Source: an uncultured Candidatus Saccharibacteria bacterium
Lineage (GTDB): Bacteria > Patescibacteriota > Minisyncoccia > Phycocordibacterales > SBAW01
NCBI GenBank assembly: GCA_964615415.1
Contig: CAZTNI010000003.1
Location: 143,235-207,234, forward strand
Direction of reading: 5' to 3'
DNA: 64,000 bases
Of this stretch, positions 17,899-26,964 are shown piece after piece; position 1 is the first letter of the stretch, and the number at the start of each line of letters is the position of its first letter. Position numbers and translations under genes: made by a program. The notes beneath the pieces were generated by a model. That model saw nothing but the letters and a program-made list of their open reading frames with translations, was not told the DNA's origin and did not search any database.

Positions 17899-18930
17899 AT
17901 GGGAGATTTGGCACCAATGGCTACCAAGCGCGTTATTGAGAATGTGATCGTGCATATTCAGCACGGGGACCCCATCTACACCTTCTCGCTCTCGGCGGAA
18001 GATGTGGTGGCGCTCTCGAAGGTCGAACATTTCGGTGTGGACTCCAACGGAGTCAACCGGAGGTTTAACGAGCCGCATGCGCTCAAGATCGCTGAAGCGA
18101 TGACTGACCATGCTCTCGTCTGGATGGAGCCGATCCTCGGCGATCTGACCGGCAACTGGCGTTTCGACGAGGAGAAGCGTCGGCTCACGTTCGGTGAAGG
18201 AGCGTACATCAGTGTCGACGATGGACAGCATCGACGCGCTGCTCTGGAACTGCTCAACCCGCTCGAGCGCGAACATCTTTCCTTCAACGTCACGGCGACC
18301 ATGGGCCTGTCCTTCGAACGGCGGCTCAAGATCTTCCGGATGCAGAAGGAACGGCGGCAGATCGACGCGAGGCTCGACCTCGCGCAGCGCCACCGGCTCA
18401 ATGACTGGAAGCATCCGCTCGATCGCGAGGCGTACGAGCTGGTGCTCCAGCTCAACTCCGACACGACCTCTCCGCTGCGGGGCATGATCCTGCTCGAGGA
18501 GGACGAGTCCCGGCCGTACGAGGCTCGGCATCGCCCGAAGGGCATCAATGCCAAGGGTCTCCATGCGACGGTTCGCAGCGTGATCGGCGGCAACAGTCCG
18601 CTCACCAACCTCTCGCCCGAACAGCGCGGCAACGTCATTCTGACGCTGATCCGTCTGGCGGCCGAGATCTGGCGGAAGGAGTGGAAGTCGGAGCAGTACG
18701 TGTTGACGACGGCTCGCGGGATCAACGCGATCCTCATGCTCGTCGTGAGTTCGCCCAACTTCCGTGGGGCGATCGGCGACAACTTCACGCAGGAGTCGCT
18801 GCGCCGAGGTCTGGAGCTCTCGCGTACGTTCAAGTGGGCGGCGTCGGCGCAGAAGAACGCCAGCGTCCGTCAGATCGTTGAGCGGCTGGACCAGTCGATC
18901 AGTAAGAACAATCGGGCTGTTGCCGCGTGA
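17899..18930 (+). CDS. DGQHR-motif protein (DndB-like, ParB/Srx-fold putative nuclease/regulator), stand-alone
   Basis: ISVDDGQHRRAAL is the diagnostic DGQHR motif of the DndB family. The protein is 343 aa and the gene is about 61% GC. No dndACDE genes are nearby. Confidence 0.65.
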   Translation: MGDLAPMATKRVIENVIVHIQHGDPIYTFSLSAEDVVALSKVEHFGVDSNGVNRRFNEPHALKIAEAMTDHALVWMEPILGDLTGNWRFDEEKRRLTFGEGAYISVDDGQHRRAALELLNPLEREHLSFNVTATMGLSFERRLKIFRMQKERRQIDARLDLAQRHRLNDWKHPLDREAYELVLQLNSDTTSPLRGMILLEEDESRPYEARHRPKGINAKGLHATVRSVIGGNSPLTNLSPEQRGNVILTLIRLAAEIWRKEWKSEQYVLTTARGINAILMLVVSSPNFRGAIGDNFTQESLRRGLELSRTFKWAASAQKNASVRQIVERLDQSISKNNRAVAA

Positions 18931-19064
18931 AGCGGCGACGGGCCTCAACGAAGCAGACTATCGCTCAAGGCGAAAAACTGCTTCGACGGGCGAAGCGCGA
19001 TATTGGCAAAGCCTGGAGACTCATCGAAGAGATGAAGCTCCAGCTCTCCAAGTCGGCTCGCTAA
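18927..19064 (+). CDS. Small basic helical peptide (45 aa) translationally coupled to the DGQHR gene (GTGA start/stop overlap)
   Basis: The GTG at 18927 overlaps the TGA at 18928-30. The peptide is VKRRRASTKQTIAQGEKLLRRAKRDIGKAWRLIEEMKLQLSKSAR. It ends 6 nt before the terminator hairpin. It is too short for the ORF track. Confidence 0.4.
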   Translation: MKRRRASTKQTIAQGEKLLRRAKRDIGKAWRLIEEMKLQLSKSAR

Positions 19065-19070
19065 ATCTCA

Positions 19071-19102
19071 GGGACCGCTACCACGCGGTCCCTTTTCTTT
19101 TT
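19071..19102 (+). terminator. Terminator GGGACCGC-taccac-GCGGTCCC + T-run (near-duplicate of the one at 17719)
   Basis: A perfect stem is followed by TTTTCTTTTT. Confidence 0.7.
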
Positions 19103-19133
19103 GCCTAAAAAACGCTACGCTCATTCTATATAT

Positions 19134-21002
19134 ATGAATCTGGCGGAGATTCGTTCGAAATACCTCGAGTTTTATAAGCAACGTGGGCACGTGGTTATCC
19201 CAAGCGCTCGTTTGACGCCTGAAAATGACCCAACCACGCTGTTTACTGGTTCGGGTATGCAGCCGCTTATTCCATACCTGCTTGGTAAGGATCATCCGGA
19301 AGGGAAGCGCTTAGTTAACTCGCAAAAGGCATTCCGCTCGGGCGATATTGAAGAAGTGGGTGACAACCGCCACACCACCTTTTTTGAAATGCTCGGCAAC
19401 TGGTCCTTGGGCGATTACTTTAAAAAAGAACAAATTAATTTCTTCTGGGAATTTTTAACCAAAGAGTTGGGCCTTGATCCACAGAGAATTTTTGTAACGT
19501 GTTACATCGGCAACGAAGCTGCGGGAATTCCAAAAGACACAGAAAGTGCTGCTGTGTGGAAAGAACTTTTTAAAACTGCAGGCATCGATGCACAAGAAGT
19601 TGAGCTTGATACTGAAGAAAACGGATATGAATTGGGGGAGCAGGGAGGCCGCATTTTCTTCTATTCTGATAAAAATTGGTGGTCGCGCGCGGGCGGGCCA
19701 AACAAAATGCCCGCAGGAGAGCCAGGTGGTCCGGACACCGAAGTGTTCTATTTGTATCCTGCGGTTGAGCACGATACAAAGTGGGGTAAAAACTGCCACC
19801 CAAACTGTGACTGTGGCCGCTATATCGAGCTCGGTAACTCGGTGTTTATGCAATATCTCAAAACACCTACTGGTTTTGATAATCTGCCAAAGAAAAATGT
19901 TGACTACGGCGGCGGCCTTGAGCGTATTCTTGCAGCCGTTGCAGACTCTCCCGATGTATTTCCAGTTGCGCACGCGCCGATACTTTCGTATCTCGAAGGA
20001 GCTTCAAATAAAAAATACGACTCCGATAAGCGAAGCTTCCGTATTATTGCCGACCACATGAAGGCTGCGGTGTTTTTAATTGCCGACGGTGTGCGTCCGG
20101 GTAACGCTGATCAGGGATATTTTGTACGCCGACTGATTCGCCGTTCGGTACGCTATTCGGACAAACTCGGCATTACTGAAAATGGTTTTGCAGGTATTGT
20201 GCGTCCCGTGGCAGAGATGTATCAGGACCAGTATCCGGAAGTGATGGAAAAGATTTCTGAGATTGAGGCGGCGATTGCAGGCGAGGAAGACAAGTTTCGT
20301 AAAACCCTTGCACGTGGCATGAAAGAGTTCGAACGCTTTACGGGCGACGGCTCTATCTCTGCACAAGATGCGTTTCAGCTCGTTACTACCTACGGATTTC
20401 CACTGGAACTTATTATGGAAGAAGCGGGTGAGAAGGGGATTAAACAAATTGATACCGCAGGATTTAAAGACTTGCTGAAACAGCACCAAGACCTTTCTCG
20501 CGCAGGTTCGGAGCAAAAGTTTAAAGGCGGCCTTGCCGACACGTCAGAGAAAACGGTGCGCTTGCATACCGCGCATCACCTACTTTTGAAGGCCCTTCAA
20601 ATTGTGCTTGGGCCGGAGGTGCACCAGCGCGGCTCTAATATTACGGGCGAGCGTTTGCGTATCGACTTTAACTACCCACAGAAGATGACCGACGAGCAAA
20701 AGCGTGAAGTCGAGCGGATTGTGAACGAAAAAATTAAAGAAGACATTCCGGTTATCCGCACCGAGATGGCAAAAGAAGAGGCAGAAAAACTTGGTGCCGA
20801 GCACGAATTTGGCGCAAAGTATCCGGAGCGCGTGTCTGTCTATTCTGTCGGTCCTGTCGACAGTGCGTTCTCTATTGAATTCTGTGGCGGCCCACACGTA
20901 GAACATACTGGACAACTGTTAGAGTCAGGAACATTCAAGATACAAAAAGAAGAAGCGGTGTCTGCCGGCATTCGTCGCATTAAAGCAGTGTTGACGCAGT
21001 AG
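19134..21002 (+). CDS. alaS: Alanyl-tRNA synthetase, short form lacking the C-terminal C-Ala domain
   Basis: It has the class II catalytic core, the editing HxxxH (HTAHHLL) and the CGGPHV zinc motif. The protein is about 620 aa from MNLAEIRSKY. The ORF track extends it upstream to a TTG inside the terminator. Confidence 0.9.
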   Translation: MNLAEIRSKYLEFYKQRGHVVIPSARLTPENDPTTLFTGSGMQPLIPYLLGKDHPEGKRLVNSQKAFRSGDIEEVGDNRHTTFFEMLGNWSLGDYFKKEQINFFWEFLTKELGLDPQRIFVTCYIGNEAAGIPKDTESAAVWKELFKTAGIDAQEVELDTEENGYELGEQGGRIFFYSDKNWWSRAGGPNKMPAGEPGGPDTEVFYLYPAVEHDTKWGKNCHPNCDCGRYIELGNSVFMQYLKTPTGFDNLPKKNVDYGGGLERILAAVADSPDVFPVAHAPILSYLEGASNKKYDSDKRSFRIIADHMKAAVFLIADGVRPGNADQGYFVRRLIRRSVRYSDKLGITENGFAGIVRPVAEMYQDQYPEVMEKISEIEAAIAGEEDKFRKTLARGMKEFERFTGDGSISAQDAFQLVTTYGFPLELIMEEAGEKGIKQIDTAGFKDLLKQHQDLSRAGSEQKFKGGLADTSEKTVRLHTAHHLLLKALQIVLGPEVHQRGSNITGERLRIDFNYPQKMTDEQKREVERIVNEKIKEDIPVIRTEMAKEEAEKLGAEHEFGAKYPERVSVYSVGPVDSAFSIEFCGGPHVEHTGQLLESGTFKIQKEEAVSAGIRRIKAVLTQ

Positions 21003-21049
21003 AGGGAGTTTGAGAGACTCGCGAGCAGAAGTTCACAACGGAGACATAC

Positions 21050-21736
21050 ATGACAAAGAAAACACTCATATTTTTGTTCCTCGCGTTGTTGGTGCTCGGT
21101 ACGGCAGCCATCTTGCTTCTTAATCGCCAACAGGGAGGTTTAGTTACTCCGCCTACGGCAACGTCGACACCGCCACAAGAGGAGCCGCTCGTTCCTGTTA
21201 CAGAAACGGGCGAACAAATGACCGCCTTCCTAACCGGCTACACGTACTACGACAATACACCGCCGGGGAGTGCAACGATAGCGTTTGCTCAATCGTATGG
21301 ATATCCAACGGTGCATCAGTTGGCGGGAGGTACCGGCACATACGCAGACCCGATTACGATCGCGGTCGGACATGTAATAGAAGAGGGTATAAGCACTCCA
21401 GACTTTGCTCCAGGCACTATCTTTTATATCCCGAACGTCCGTCGTTACTTTATCGTCGAAGACTTGTGCGGCGATGGTCCGACGCCTCAGTTAGGACCAT
21501 GTCATGTTTTGACGGGCGACTCTGGTGCACAGGGAGCGACCGTGTGGTTAGACATGTGGATCGGTGGTGGGCCACGCGACACACAAGAAGAGGTTGATGC
21601 GTGCATGTATGCCTTAACAGGCACGTACCAGGTCATTAAAGACCCGCTCTCTACTTACGTTGTCGAACCTAGACCGCTCTTTAGTGAAAATGGGTGCACG
21701 CGGATGTTCGGCAACAAAGCAATCCTGCAAATATAA
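21050..21736 (+). CDS. Secreted/membrane-anchored hypothetical protein
   Basis: It has an N-terminal hydrophobic anchor, a Pro/Thr-rich linker, and a Cys-containing globular domain. A terminator lies at 21743-21770. Confidence 0.55.
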   Translation: MTKKTLIFLFLALLVLGTAAILLLNRQQGGLVTPPTATSTPPQEEPLVPVTETGEQMTAFLTGYTYYDNTPPGSATIAFAQSYGYPTVHQLAGGTGTYADPITIAVGHVIEEGISTPDFAPGTIFYIPNVRRYFIVEDLCGDGPTPQLGPCHVLTGDSGAQGATVWLDMWIGGGPRDTQEEVDACMYALTGTYQVIKDPLSTYVVEPRPLFSENGCTRMFGNKAILQI

Positions 21737-21789
21737 CGTACACGGGAGCCTCTAGGGGCTCCCGTTTTTGCTATATACTACTAGTGTAT

Positions 21790-22782
21790 ATGTCGCCGCT
21801 CTTCGGTAAGAAAAAAAGTACCGGCACTACCGTCCTTGTGCTCGATATTGAAAACGGGAGTGTTGGCGCGGCGTTGGTGCGTCTTTCTAAAGACAGTGCA
21901 CCGAAACTATTTTCAGAAAAGCGTGTATACGTGCCTGCGCTTGCAACACGCGACAGTCTTACGTTGGTACCTCGTGTGCTTAAGGCAACGCGGGAAGCGC
22001 TCGCACATGCGGCAGATGTTGCTGCGCGCGTGCGGCTGCATCCAACCATGAGCGACGTGGGGGAAGTCTCGCGAATTATCTATTTCTTGCACGCACCGTG
22101 GGTGAGTGTCGGAATTCCTGAAGTGGGGAAAGTGTCGCTCGATGCGCACGAACCATTTTTAGAAGAACTGCGTCTGGCAACGATTGAACGATTTGATGGC
22201 ACTCCTATTTCGTTTCAATCATTCGGTTCTCGTATCCCGAGCGTGGTGGGCAGTATGTTCGATGTAGGCGATGACCTGCTTATGGTCTCGATGACGGGCG
22301 AAATAACTGAAGTGACGAAAGCGCGCGGCGGCTCGCTCTTGGGTCATGCAACACTCCCGTTCGGCACACACACGTTTATCCGCACCTTGGGGAGCCATGC
22401 GGGCATGACCGAAGCAGAAGCACGCTCCGCACTTACTCTGTTGCGTCACAAAGGGGCACACGAACACGTGCCGTGGGGCGAAGCGTTTAAGGCGGCCAGT
22501 TCGCACTTGGTAGAAGAAAGTAAAGATGTGATTGAGGCGCTCTTGCGCGAACATACCTCGCCACATGGTGTCTATGTGCTGGCGCCGGGGCCACTTGCCG
22601 AGTGGTTTGCGCAAACGTTTGCAAACGATGAACGCCTCGCAAGTCTTTTTCCGGAGGGAAGCAGTGCGCGGGCGCTCCATGCGCACCACGCAAAGCCCTT
22701 TTTAGCAGTGCATGCGACGGTCCCTGATGTGCCGCTCTCGCTTGAGGCCTTGAGTATCCACGCACGCACGAGTGGTATATAA
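21790..22782 (+). CDS. Actin-like ATPase fold protein (FtsA/PilM-like)
   Basis: The N-terminal phosphate-1-like motif is VLVLDIENGSVGAALV, and there is a later LPFGTHTF adenosine-motif-like segment. It is 330 aa from the ATG at 21790. The track's upstream extension overlaps the previous gene. Confidence 0.5.
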   Translation: MSPLFGKKKSTGTTVLVLDIENGSVGAALVRLSKDSAPKLFSEKRVYVPALATRDSLTLVPRVLKATREALAHAADVAARVRLHPTMSDVGEVSRIIYFLHAPWVSVGIPEVGKVSLDAHEPFLEELRLATIERFDGTPISFQSFGSRIPSVVGSMFDVGDDLLMVSMTGEITEVTKARGGSLLGHATLPFGTHTFIRTLGSHAGMTEAEARSALTLLRHKGAHEHVPWGEAFKAASSHLVEESKDVIEALLREHTSPHGVYVLAPGPLAEWFAQTFANDERLASLFPEGSSARALHAHHAKPFLAVHATVPDVPLSLEALSIHARTSGI

Positions 22783-22792
22783 TACAAAAACT

Positions 22793-24061
22793 ATGCGCGA
22801 TATGATCCCTCGCAACGATCGTTCTATTCGTAATATTCCAGTGCCTACTAACCATCGTCGCCCGGCGCCGCGAGTTGAAGTCGATATGGAAGACGAAATA
22901 CCTGAGATGCCTCCTCGTCCGATGCGTCGTAAAAAAAGTGGTCGCAGCCGCATGCTCATTATTATTTCCATTATTGTCATCGGTATCGGTGCGCTCTTAG
23001 CACTCCTCCTTTCGACCACCTTTGTAGGGGCAACGATTACCGTCTTTCCGCGAGAAGAGGCAGTTAACCCTCCGGCAAGTATTGTTGCGCGGGTAAATGC
23101 GCCGGTAGGAAGTTTGTCGTATCAAACAATGACGATTGTCCGCAGTGCAACCACAACTGTGCCAGCAACCGGAACTAAACAAGTCTCACGTCAGGCATCA
23201 GGGCTCATGACGATTTACAATACCTACAGCACCGCAACGCAGCGCCTCATCGCAAATACACGTTTTGAAGCTCCCGATGGAAAAATCTATCGCATCCATG
23301 AATCAATCGTGGTTCCTGGTATGAGTGGTTCGAATCCAGGCACTATAAGCGTTACGGTATATGCAGATTCTCCAGGCGCGGATTACAATCGGGGAGAGAC
23401 ACGTTTTACTATCCCTGGGTTTAAAGGTGAGCCACAGTACGCTAAATTTTATGCACAAGCGGCAAGTGTGACTGGTGGGTTTATAGGAACAGAGCCGTCA
23501 GTTGCAGCGGCAGATGTACAAGCAGCCCGCACGACGCTTGAGCGTGGTCTCCAGTCTGCGGTGCAAGCAGCTGCGCTGGCAGAAGTGCCGGAAGGGTACA
23601 TCGCTATTCCAAGCACAACGCGTATTACCTACTCAAATGTGGTGCAGACCGCTGCGGGGGGCAACAGTGCAAATCTTTCCCAATCAGCACAAGCGACTGT
23701 CTCTATGATTCGTGCAAGTGACTTGGCCATGATCATCGCCGCACAGGGTGTGCAAGGGTATAGTGGCGAGGCAGTAGCATTTAAAGACCTTTCACAAATT
23801 TCTATCACTGCAGCCACGTCATCGACAGCTGAAGCGCCACTCACGATCCAACTCGCAGGCTCGCCAACACTGGTGTGGCAGTATGACCCAGGCGCACTTG
23901 TTACCGCTCTTGTAGGGAATGAGAAAGGCTCGTTCCAAACCATTATCCAGTCCTTTGAGCCAGCTATCATACGTGCAGAGGCAAAAATCCGACCCTTCTG
24001 GAAGGGCACCTTCCCGAACGATCCTGAGCGGATTGAAATTGTGACCGGAAACGGCGAATAA
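22793..24061 (+). CDS. Bitopic membrane protein with a roughly 340-aa extracytoplasmic domain (possible PilN/PilO-like partner of the actin-like ATPase)
   Basis: A Pro/Arg-rich cytoplasmic N-terminus is followed by a single TM helix (LIIISIIVIGIGALLALLL) and a large Ser/Thr/Ala-rich ectodomain. A TATAAT lies just upstream. Confidence 0.5.
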   Translation: MRDMIPRNDRSIRNIPVPTNHRRPAPRVEVDMEDEIPEMPPRPMRRKKSGRSRMLIIISIIVIGIGALLALLLSTTFVGATITVFPREEAVNPPASIVARVNAPVGSLSYQTMTIVRSATTTVPATGTKQVSRQASGLMTIYNTYSTATQRLIANTRFEAPDGKIYRIHESIVVPGMSGSNPGTISVTVYADSPGADYNRGETRFTIPGFKGEPQYAKFYAQAASVTGGFIGTEPSVAAADVQAARTTLERGLQSAVQAAALAEVPEGYIAIPSTTRITYSNVVQTAAGGNSANLSQSAQATVSMIRASDLAMIIAAQGVQGYSGEAVAFKDLSQISITAATSSTAEAPLTIQLAGSPTLVWQYDPGALVTALVGNEKGSFQTIIQSFEPAIIRAEAKIRPFWKGTFPNDPERIEIVTGNGE

Positions 24062-24130
24062 AAGGTACAAGATGGGGGCTCTGTTGACACTTATTCTCGC
24101 CTTTGTTACTATTCCTTTTGTCGTTTCGTA

Positions 24131-24340
24131 ATGGATACACCAGGCACAGAAGTCCAGGGCATCGTTGAAGAGGCCCTTCCAAACACCCTGTTTCGAGTAA
24201 CACTAGATTCGGGTGAGTTAGTGCTGGCGTATCTTGCAGGCAAAATGCGCCTTCATCGCATCAAAGTGCTGGTGGGGGACAAAGTGTTGGTCCGTCTTGA
24301 TCCATACGGAGGCAAGGGACGCATTACGAGACGCATATAA
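24131..24340 (+). CDS. infA: Translation initiation factor IF-1
   Basis: It is 69 aa with an S1-like fold and the sequence [30 protein letters not shown]-17-TACTAT promoter lies upstream. Confidence 0.9.
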   Translation: MDTPGTEVQGIVEEALPNTLFRVTLDSGELVLAYLAGKMRLHRIKVLVGDKVLVRLDPYGGKGRITRRI

Positions 24341-24345
24341 ATTCT

Positions 24346-24459
24346 GTGAAGATTAAGGCATCTATCAAACCACGTTGTGCGAACTGCAAGTTGATCCGCC
24401 GCAAAGGGCGGGTGTATGTTACTTGCTCGAACCCGCGCCACAAACAGCGTCAAGGCTAA
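24346..24459 (+). CDS. rpmJ: 50S ribosomal protein L36
   Basis: The GTG-initiated 37-aa ORF reads [37 protein letters not shown]. It is not in the ORF track. Confidence 0.9.
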   Translation: MKIKASIKPRCANCKLIRRKGRVYVTCSNPRHKQRQG

Positions 24460-24472
24460 TTTTTTTTATACT

Positions 24473-24850
24473 ATGCGTATTTCAGGTATCACTATTCCAA
24501 ATAAACGACTTCCTTATGCGCTTGCGACGCTCTACGGTATTGGTATTCCGCTTGGGGAAACTATCTGTGTTGAAGCGGGAGTAGATGCAAGCAAAAAAGC
24601 AGACGAACTTTCTCCTGAGGAGGAAAACAAGCTTCGCGCCATCATCGAAAAGATCAAAATCGAGGGTGATCTTAAGCGTGAAGTTGCGGGTAACATCAAA
24701 CGCCTTAAAGACATCGGTGCTTACCGTGGCACACGTCACCAGCGCGGTCTTCCTACTCGTGGTCAGCGCACGAAGACCAATTCTCGCACCGTTCGCGGCA
24801 ACGTTCGTAAGACTATGGGCTCGGGTCGCCGCAAGGTTGAAAAGACGTAA
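24473..24850 (+). CDS. rpsM: 30S ribosomal protein S13
   Basis: The sequence MRISGITIPNKRLPYALATLYGIG... is characteristic. The track start is an upstream extension. Confidence 0.9.
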   Translation: MRISGITIPNKRLPYALATLYGIGIPLGETICVEAGVDASKKADELSPEEENKLRAIIEKIKIEGDLKREVAGNIKRLKDIGAYRGTRHQRGLPTRGQRTKTNSRTVRGNVRKTMGSGRRKVEKT

Positions 24851-24879
24851 AATTTATTGTATATTACTAGACTACACCT

Positions 24880-25305
24880 ATGGGTAAGAAACGAATAGTC
24901 AAAAAGGGAGGCGAAGAGGCAGGAGGCGCAAAAGGCGCTCCGCGCGCATCTAAGCGCAAAATGGAGAACGGCATTATGTATGTCGAGGCTACCTACAACA
25001 ACACCAAAGTGTCTATTGCAGACGCTTCTGGCAACGTGGTTGCATGGTCATCAAGCGGCTCACTCGGTTTTGCAGGTGCAAAGAAGGGTACGCCTTTTGC
25101 AGCGGCAAAAGTAGGAGAGTTACTTGGTGATAAGGCTACGGCTATGGGCGTTAAAGAGCTTGCTGTAGTAGTTGCGGGTGTTGGCGCAGGTCGCGAGTCA
25201 GCAATCCGCGCTATCGCCACTAAGGGTATCCATATTACTTCTATTAAGGACACGACTCCGGTGCCGCACAACGGCCCACGTCCTCCTAAGGCGCGTCGCG
25301 TATAA
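24880..25305 (+). CDS. rpsK: 30S ribosomal protein S11
   Basis: The sequence GIMYVEATYNNTKVSIADASGNVVAWSS...ARRV is characteristic. Confidence 0.9.
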   Translation: MGKKRIVKKGGEEAGGAKGAPRASKRKMENGIMYVEATYNNTKVSIADASGNVVAWSSSGSLGFAGAKKGTPFAAAKVGELLGDKATAMGVKELAVVVAGVGAGRESAIRAIATKGIHITSIKDTTPVPHNGPRPPKARRV

Positions 25306-25318
25306 TTTTTTAATCTTT

Positions 25319-25939
25319 ATGTTGGTAGGACCAAAGTACAAAATTTGTAAGCGTCTCGGCTCAGCAGTATTTGAGAAGTGCCAGACACAAAAGTTTCAGC
25401 TCTCTGAAGCTCGTGTACCGCGTGGAGGTAAGGGTAGTAAGGGTGCTAAGCGCGGCGGCAGCGACTATGGCGCACAGCTTCTTGAAAAGCAGAAGGCACG
25501 TTTTATTTACGGTCTTTCTGAAGCTCAGTTTGCACGCTATGTGCATGAAGCCATGGAGAAGCGTGGTAAGGACTCTATCGCTGGTCTTATCAACAAGCTC
25601 GAGTCTCGTCTCGACAACGTAGTCTTCCGTGCAGGTCTTGTAAAAACTCGTCGCGCAGCGCGCCAGCTCGTGTCACATGGCCACGTAACCGTAAACGGTC
25701 GCCGCGTTACCATCCCTTCTTTTGCTGTTTCAACAGATGACACCGTCGCTATCCGTACTGAGTCTCGTCAGAGCCCACTCTTTGCTAACCGCAAGGAATT
25801 GATGCTCGAGCAGAAGACGCCGCACTGGATGGAGATGGGAGCAGACGGTCTCTCAGTAACGGTGAAGCAGACTCCGGTAGTGTCGGAAACCGAGTTGCCG
25901 TTTAGTCCGGGAGTGATCATTCAGTTCTACAGCCGCTAA
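25319..25939 (+). CDS. rpsD: 30S ribosomal protein S4
   Basis: The sequence MLVGPKYKICKRLG... includes an S4 domain. It starts at the ATG at 25319. Confidence 0.9.
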   Translation: MLVGPKYKICKRLGSAVFEKCQTQKFQLSEARVPRGGKGSKGAKRGGSDYGAQLLEKQKARFIYGLSEAQFARYVHEAMEKRGKDSIAGLINKLESRLDNVVFRAGLVKTRRAARQLVSHGHVTVNGRRVTIPSFAVSTDDTVAIRTESRQSPLFANRKELMLEQKTPHWMEMGADGLSVTVKQTPVVSETELPFSPGVIIQFYSR

Positions 25940-25972
25940 ATTTAGTTATCAAAGTAATTAGTAATTTTTGTA

Positions 25973-26944
25973 TTGCGTATGATGGAGTATTCGATCACAT
26001 TGCCGAGCAAGCCACGAATCGTCTCTGAAGAAGAGGCTGGTGGCGTGTATGAAATAGACGGCCTCTACCCAGGCTACGGTCATACCCTTGGTAACAGTCT
26101 CCGCCGCATCATCCTCTCGTCTCTCCCGGGCGCGGCTATCACCTCAGTTAAAATCGAGGGTGTTGAACATGAGTTCTCAACTATGAACGGCATTCGCGAG
26201 GATGTCATCACCATTCTCCTTAATCTCAAGAAACTCCGTTTTGAAGTATTGAGCGGCGAAGCACAGACCATCACCGTTTCGGTAAAAGGTCCAAACAAGG
26301 TAACCGGCGCAGACCTTACCCTCCCAGGCCAGGTTCGCTTGCTTAACCCGAACGCGTACATCTGCGAGGTAACTGACAAAAACGCAGAGTTTACCGCAGA
26401 GTTCCGTGTTGAACGCGGATTGGGCTACGTACCACGCGAGGCATTGAAGAAAGACCGTGTGGAAATCGGTGAGATCGCAGTTGATGCTATCTTCTCTCCG
26501 ATTCGTCGCGTAAACTACGAAGTTGAAAACATGCGCGTTGGCGACCGCACCGACTTTAACCGCCTCCGCATTTCTATCGAGACTGACGGCACCGTATTGC
26601 CACGTCAGGCACTTGAGTCTGCTATCGAGATCATGATCACTCAGCTTAAGGCGGTTGTTGGCTTCCGTGAGGAAGTAATGCCAGAACAGGCTGAAGTAGC
26701 AGGTGTTACGTCTGTTGATGCAGCTGCAGCAGCTGCAAACTCTGCAGAAGCATTGAAGACCCGCATCGAAGATCTTGAGCTTTCAAGCCGCACCGTTTCT
26801 GCTCTCGAGAAAGCAAACATTCGCACCGTTGGTGGTCTTGCTCGCAAGCGCGAAGAGGACCTCCTCGAGGTCGAAGGTTTGGGCCCGAAGGCTATCCAGG
26901 AAATCAAGCGCGCACTTGCAAACTTTGGCATCATCCTTAAATAA
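25973..26944 (+). CDS. rpoA: DNA-directed RNA polymerase alpha subunit
   Basis: It has an N-terminal dimerisation domain and a C-terminal HhH alpha-CTD (LELSSRTVSALEKANIRTVGGLARKREEDLLEVEGLGPKAIQEIKRAL). Confidence 0.9.
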   Translation: MRMMEYSITLPSKPRIVSEEEAGGVYEIDGLYPGYGHTLGNSLRRIILSSLPGAAITSVKIEGVEHEFSTMNGIREDVITILLNLKKLRFEVLSGEAQTITVSVKGPNKVTGADLTLPGQVRLLNPNAYICEVTDKNAEFTAEFRVERGLGYVPREALKKDRVEIGEIAVDAIFSPIRRVNYEVENMRVGDRTDFNRLRISIETDGTVLPRQALESAIEIMITQLKAVVGFREEVMPEQAEVAGVTSVDAAAAAANSAEALKTRIEDLELSSRTVSALEKANIRTVGGLARKREEDLLEVEGLGPKAIQEIKRALANFGIILK

Positions 26945-26964
26945 TCTGTAAGTAAAAGAGCGTT

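Noticed and set aside
17824-18948. 374-aa minus-strand ORF, and the 208-aa minus ORF at 17021-17647
   Set aside because: They are Arg/Leu/Pro-rich antisense frames typical of GC-rich DNA. The plus-strand frames carry the sigma70 r4 and DGQHR motifs.
19101-19133. TTG-initiated 5' extension of alaS (MPKKRYAHSIY...) in the ORF track
   Set aside because: It begins inside the upstream terminator T-run. AlaRS homologs start at MNLAEIRSKY, at the ATG at 19134.
21694-21789. Upstream extension of the actin-like ATPase ORF overlapping the previous gene and a terminator
   Set aside because: The ATG at 21790 lies just after a terminator hairpin. The upstream part overlaps gene 21050-21736 and the hairpin.
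24375-24584. 69-aa plus-strand ORF across the rpmJ/rpsM junction
   Set aside because: It is an alternative frame over the highly conserved L36 and S13 coding sequences.
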